DNA of 64,000 nt from Eukaryota sp. GEM-RC1 (Eukaryota), in the NCBI GenBank assembly GCA_040285855.1, contig JAUFOQ010000001.1, forward strand, positions 1,178,001 to 1,242,000. The letters are read 5' to 3'. Positions 60,310 through 64,000 of this stretch are shown here, piece by piece. The notes below the pieces were generated by a model. That model had not been told where the DNA came from. It did no database searches and was given only the letters and a program-made list of their open reading frames with translations. The stretch's first letter is position 1; every line of letters begins with the position of its first letter. The translations under genes and the position numbers were made by a program.

Positions 60310-61083
60310 AGCTGATAACGTTGTCATTATGGGTAAGTCTTCTAATGTAAAACAGTGAATCAAATTAATTTAAGAATTTTGAAGCTAATTGGAGTAGAAG
60401 ACATTAACTACTGGAAGATGACATCTCTACAATAATAAAGAGAAACTTGTATTAAATACAAAAGATGTTTGAGCAAAGTATAGAAACTATCCTACCACAT
60501 GATTTTAACATTATACAATGCACTATCTCCTTGATGTTAGTTAGATTAAGTGGAGTTAAAATGTGTATGATAAATGTAGGCGTGAATTGTTTGATTTTAG
60601 TATCATCTTACTAAAATTTCCTCTCATCTCAGTACTCATTTGTAATTACATCCAACAAAAAGAATTCAAAAGGCTCTAAAATTCTGGAAGTGTTTCTGTC
60701 AGTAGAAACGACGAGGATTTTCTTTTATCTTTGAAGGATAATGAATCAATAATGCCCTAATTATCACGAAAAAATTTACAATATCGTCAGTGTTTGCTGG
60801 GTGTGTGAGTCCCAGCGATCAATAGATTTTCGCGATTAACGTTTATACAGAAAACTTAAATTGGTTTATAATTAGTCTCATCATGTGACTTATGTGAAGA
60901 ATCTAGAGTGTAGAATCTTTAACTGACAATTCTGGTGTTTTCTTTTCATTTTCTTCAGAACACCCTAAAGATAACAGTAGTGAACTAATAATTTTGTAAT
61001 AAACAGAGAAACATGTACATGAATTAATTACACTATACTATGGTAAATAAATCTGGCTCCAAATGAATACAAGAAAAACAAAG

Positions 61084-61746
61084 TTATATACCCATGAAAT
61101 TTCTAAAATTGGTCAATATGATAGCTTTCAGTTCTTCAGGAGATTGTTTCACAATATCCGCTACTTTGTCATAAATATCAACAATCGACACATCAGATGT
61201 GTCTGTTTCTAGAAACATTCGATCTGGGGGGATTTTCTGTAACGCTTGTTGTAATTTAGTTGACTTTAACACCGCAGCACCAATGGAAAAGTAGAAACCA
61301 AGTCTAGAGAGATCCTCCATAAGCTGAGACGAGGTGACAATACCATGGATCGCCATCCTTATATAAGGATATTGTTTCCTTATTTGGATCAGAGAGTCAA
61401 AGGCTCGAACACAATGGACAATCACAGGCTTTTGGAGCTCAATGGCGAGATCTAGTTGCTTTCTGAAGGTAGAGATTTGTTGGTCTAGAGAACTTCCTTT
61501 AAGCTTGTCAATTCCACATTCACCGATCGCGATGCAATTTTTGTGATGTGAGGAGGCGAGGTTTCGTATTTCTTCTATATGTGATTGGATTTCTGTTTCT
61601 GAGAGAACTTGCCAGGGATGGATTCCCACTGTGAAGTAAGAATTAAGGTCTATGGAATCTTTTGTGGAGACGAAGCAGCTGTTGATGCAAAGAATATCAC
61701 CATGACTGGGTTTGTTGTGGGTATGGAAGTCCAGATATGGGACCAT
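61084..61746 (-). CDS. tatD: TatD-family metal-dependent DNase
   Basis: DFHTH, GIHPW, AIGECGID, VIVHCVRA, IHG and FLETD motifs. Confidence 0.93.
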   Translation of the reverse strand: MVPYLDFHTHNKPSHGDILCINSCFVSTKDSIDLNSYFTVGIHPWQVLSETEIQSHIEEIRNLASSHHKNCIAIGECGIDKLKGSSLDQQISTFRKQLDLAIELQKPVIVHCVRAFDSLIQIRKQYPYIRMAIHGIVTSSQLMEDLSRLGFYFSIGAAVLKSTKLQQALQKIPPDRMFLETDTSDVSIVDIYDKVADIVKQSPEELKAIILTNFRNFMGI

Positions 61747-61818
61747 AGAAGAACATTATCTAAGTAAAAAAGGTTTATGTACATCAAGCCTATATATAGT
61801 CAGCTTCTTCTGTCCTAT

Positions 61819-62460
61819 TTACGCATCTTTAGGGACCAAATCATCAGAGTATACTACATCAATGCGTTTGGACTTCAACTCGCTCATGATTTGGTCATCG
61901 TTGGCGGGATTGACAGCAGCAGTAGCATCCTTCACCATTATGGTCTTATAACCAAGTTCTTTAGCATCAGCAGCCGTAAACAAACAGCATACATCGAAAG
62001 CCAATCCACATACATAGACTGTATCAATGTTCTTGCTTTTCAACAGATCGTTTAGTGAAGTATGATACTGCTTTTCTTGGTCAAAGAAAGCGCTGTAAGA
62101 GTCAACATGTTGGTGGATTCCTTTTCTAATGATGGGAGTTTCTGGGTGAACTTCGAGTTGAGGATGGAGTTTTGCTCCCTCGGTGCCCTGAATGCAATGA
62201 TCGGGCCACAGCATCTGCACCACTCCAGATGGAAGAGTGATCTGTTCCAGAGGTTGTTTGTTGTGAGTGGAAGCAAAGGAACAATGACCAGCTGGATGCC
62301 AGTCCTGTGTTATTACGATTTGCTTAAAAGGGAGCTTCTGGAGTCTGTTTATGGTTTTGACCACGTCATTTGTTCCAGGAAGCCCCATGCTTCCGCCTTC
62401 ACAGAAATCGTTTTGAACGTCGACGATCAAAAGAGCAGCAGTGGAAAATGCAGCAGACAT
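61819..62460 (-). CDS. pncA: Nicotinamidase/pyrazinamidase (isochorismatase family)
   Basis: IVDVQNDF, TQDWHP..H.SF, LWPDHC, KG...DSYSAF and GLAFDVC motifs. Confidence 0.95.
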   Translation of the reverse strand: MSAAFSTAALLIVDVQNDFCEGGSMGLPGTNDVVKTINRLQKLPFKQIVITQDWHPAGHCSFASTHNKQPLEQITLPSGVVQMLWPDHCIQGTEGAKLHPQLEVHPETPIIRKGIHQHVDSYSAFFDQEKQYHTSLNDLLKSKNIDTVYVCGLAFDVCCLFTAADAKELGYKTIMVKDATAAVNPANDDQIMSELKSKRIDVVYSDDLVPKDA

Positions 62461-64000
62461 TGAGTCAAGAAGATGAGGGGAATTTTAATATTTTTCGTGA
62501 TCTAACATTTGAGTCGATAAGATATTTCCCTTCATTGATTCATTTCTCATTGCTGAAAGTGTAAAAATGGCTTTCTTAAAGAAATAAAAGCTTCAATATT
62601 TGACTTGTTGTACATGTATATATGGTAGTGTTTGTTTTAGGTGTAGAATTGGTATTTTTTCTGCAATTGTTTGCACATCTTCCCATAACTCTATATCCTG
62701 TTAGATTCAACAATTGAACAGCTCAGTTCGGACTATCATTCCTAGAAACTAACTGACCCTTTTAATGCTTCCCGTAAAACATGTAGTGAAGATTGGTCGC
62801 TAACTGGATGATGGCACTGGCAATGATGACTCCTGCTCATCTCAAAGTAACGTAACAATATACTAGCTGATCCGTGCTCATAATGTCAACCTTCGTGCAG
62901 AAGCTTATGCCGAGAATAGTCCTTATTGATTCCGATCAATGTTAACCTACTCAAACTTCTCCTCAATTCTTCTCTTGAAGTGAACTATGAAGTACATAGT
63001 AGTTCTTCATCGACCATCGTCTTTTATTTCTCTCTTTGAAGCGGAGCTTGAGTCTGTTTTCTTATACGTGAACTAATCTTTGAAAAGTGAACAATTTCTT
63101 AGTAGTTTACCTCCTGTAATTACATTGCTCTAAAACGACAAACATCAATCTCAGTTTGAAACATATTTGGAGCTAAAAGAACTAGAGCATTGGCGACGCG
63201 CTAAAATCTAATTCCTTACTGACAAACATACCTTTATTAGGCAATAATGGGGGTGATAATTCAGTCGAAGATGAAGGCGCACAGGAATTGGTGATTATTT
63301 CAAACTCAACAATTTAATTGAAATAGAGAAGTACGGAAGCTATACTGTAGTTATGATACCGATTTTCGTACAATTTATTTAAAATGAGCCCAAAATGGGG
63401 TATGTTCTATTTCTTGTAGCTTGTATATTTGTTCATGTTACGTTGTCATTTTCTCATCACTTTCAACAGTCATCTCGAGCAGTTCCCTTTACATATGTAG
63501 TATGCTGTTAATGTTAGACTGATTGTTTCAATGATTTCCAGAAGTTGCTATTTGTCAAGTCGTATTTGTATACTTCTCTTTTTGTCTTGTTGGTCAAGTT
63601 TTTGTTAGTTATACTACTTAATTTTATTCTTTTGGGCTTATTGCATCTTCGTATTGTTTTCTAGAAGCATGTAGCGATACTCTTTTAGTTCTCCGTCACT
63701 GAAATTATCATTGATTTCAGAACATTTTAAAAAATGACAGTGAAGATGGTATGGATAGCAACCCAAAGACATAGAATCAAAATCTCTGATCATGAGTATC
63801 ATCAATCAGTTTGATAAAAGGAGCAACTTAGAACAAGAAGCGTTGTTCCAAATTTCAACACACAATCGAAACATCACCTGATTCTCATTCAATCAATCAA
63901 TCAATCAATAGGTTGATACTGAAAACCTCTTCTAGACAAATGATCCCAAGATAAATTACCTTTCTCAGTTTCCAAATAACGGGCTTCATTTAGATCAGGT

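Noticed and set aside
61712..62564. Plus-strand ORFs overlapping tatD/pncA, and similar antisense ORFs over BTB and gag genes
   Set aside because: They are shadow ORFs of well-supported genes on the other strand or frame and have no motifs.
63889..63909. (TCAA)5 as a telomeric or regulatory repeat
   Set aside because: Too short; an ordinary microsatellite.

Overview
AT-rich, apparently intron-poor eukaryotic DNA, probably from a protist. The eukaryotic call rests on BTB, SPRY, RING and RNI-type LRR genes, a Ty3/gypsy element and a eukaryote-type LSU rRNA fragment; the species cannot be determined here. The backbone is a dispersed, co-oriented array of at least seven copies (3 uninterrupted, 2 broken by one frameshift, 2 truncated) of an intronless BTB/POZ - coiled-coil - SPRY/B30.2-like gene. 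Its C-terminal domain shows about five sharply delimited hypervariable patches in a near-invariant scaffold, and the paralogs are mosaics of each other. Interleaved are opposite-strand RNI-like LRR genes (one with an N-terminal RING-like finger), relics of a dynamin/Mx-like gene upstream of four of the BTB-SPRY copies, and a near-identical ~7.8 kb duplication (20971-28765 / 36591-44409). Mobile DNA includes a complete Ty3/gypsy element with 85-bp LTRs, T-tailed RLE-type non-LTR retrotransposons, hAT and Tc1/mariner-type MITEs and relics, and a GIY-YIG nuclease relic. There is also a ~220-bp LSU rRNA fragment and a bacterial-looking TatD plus nicotinamidase pair at the right end. The best candidate for an undescribed system is a diversifying, TRIM-analogous ubiquitin-ligase receptor cluster (BTB-CC-SPRY plus RING-LRR); that function is inference. 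All alignments were made by eye and no searches were run.
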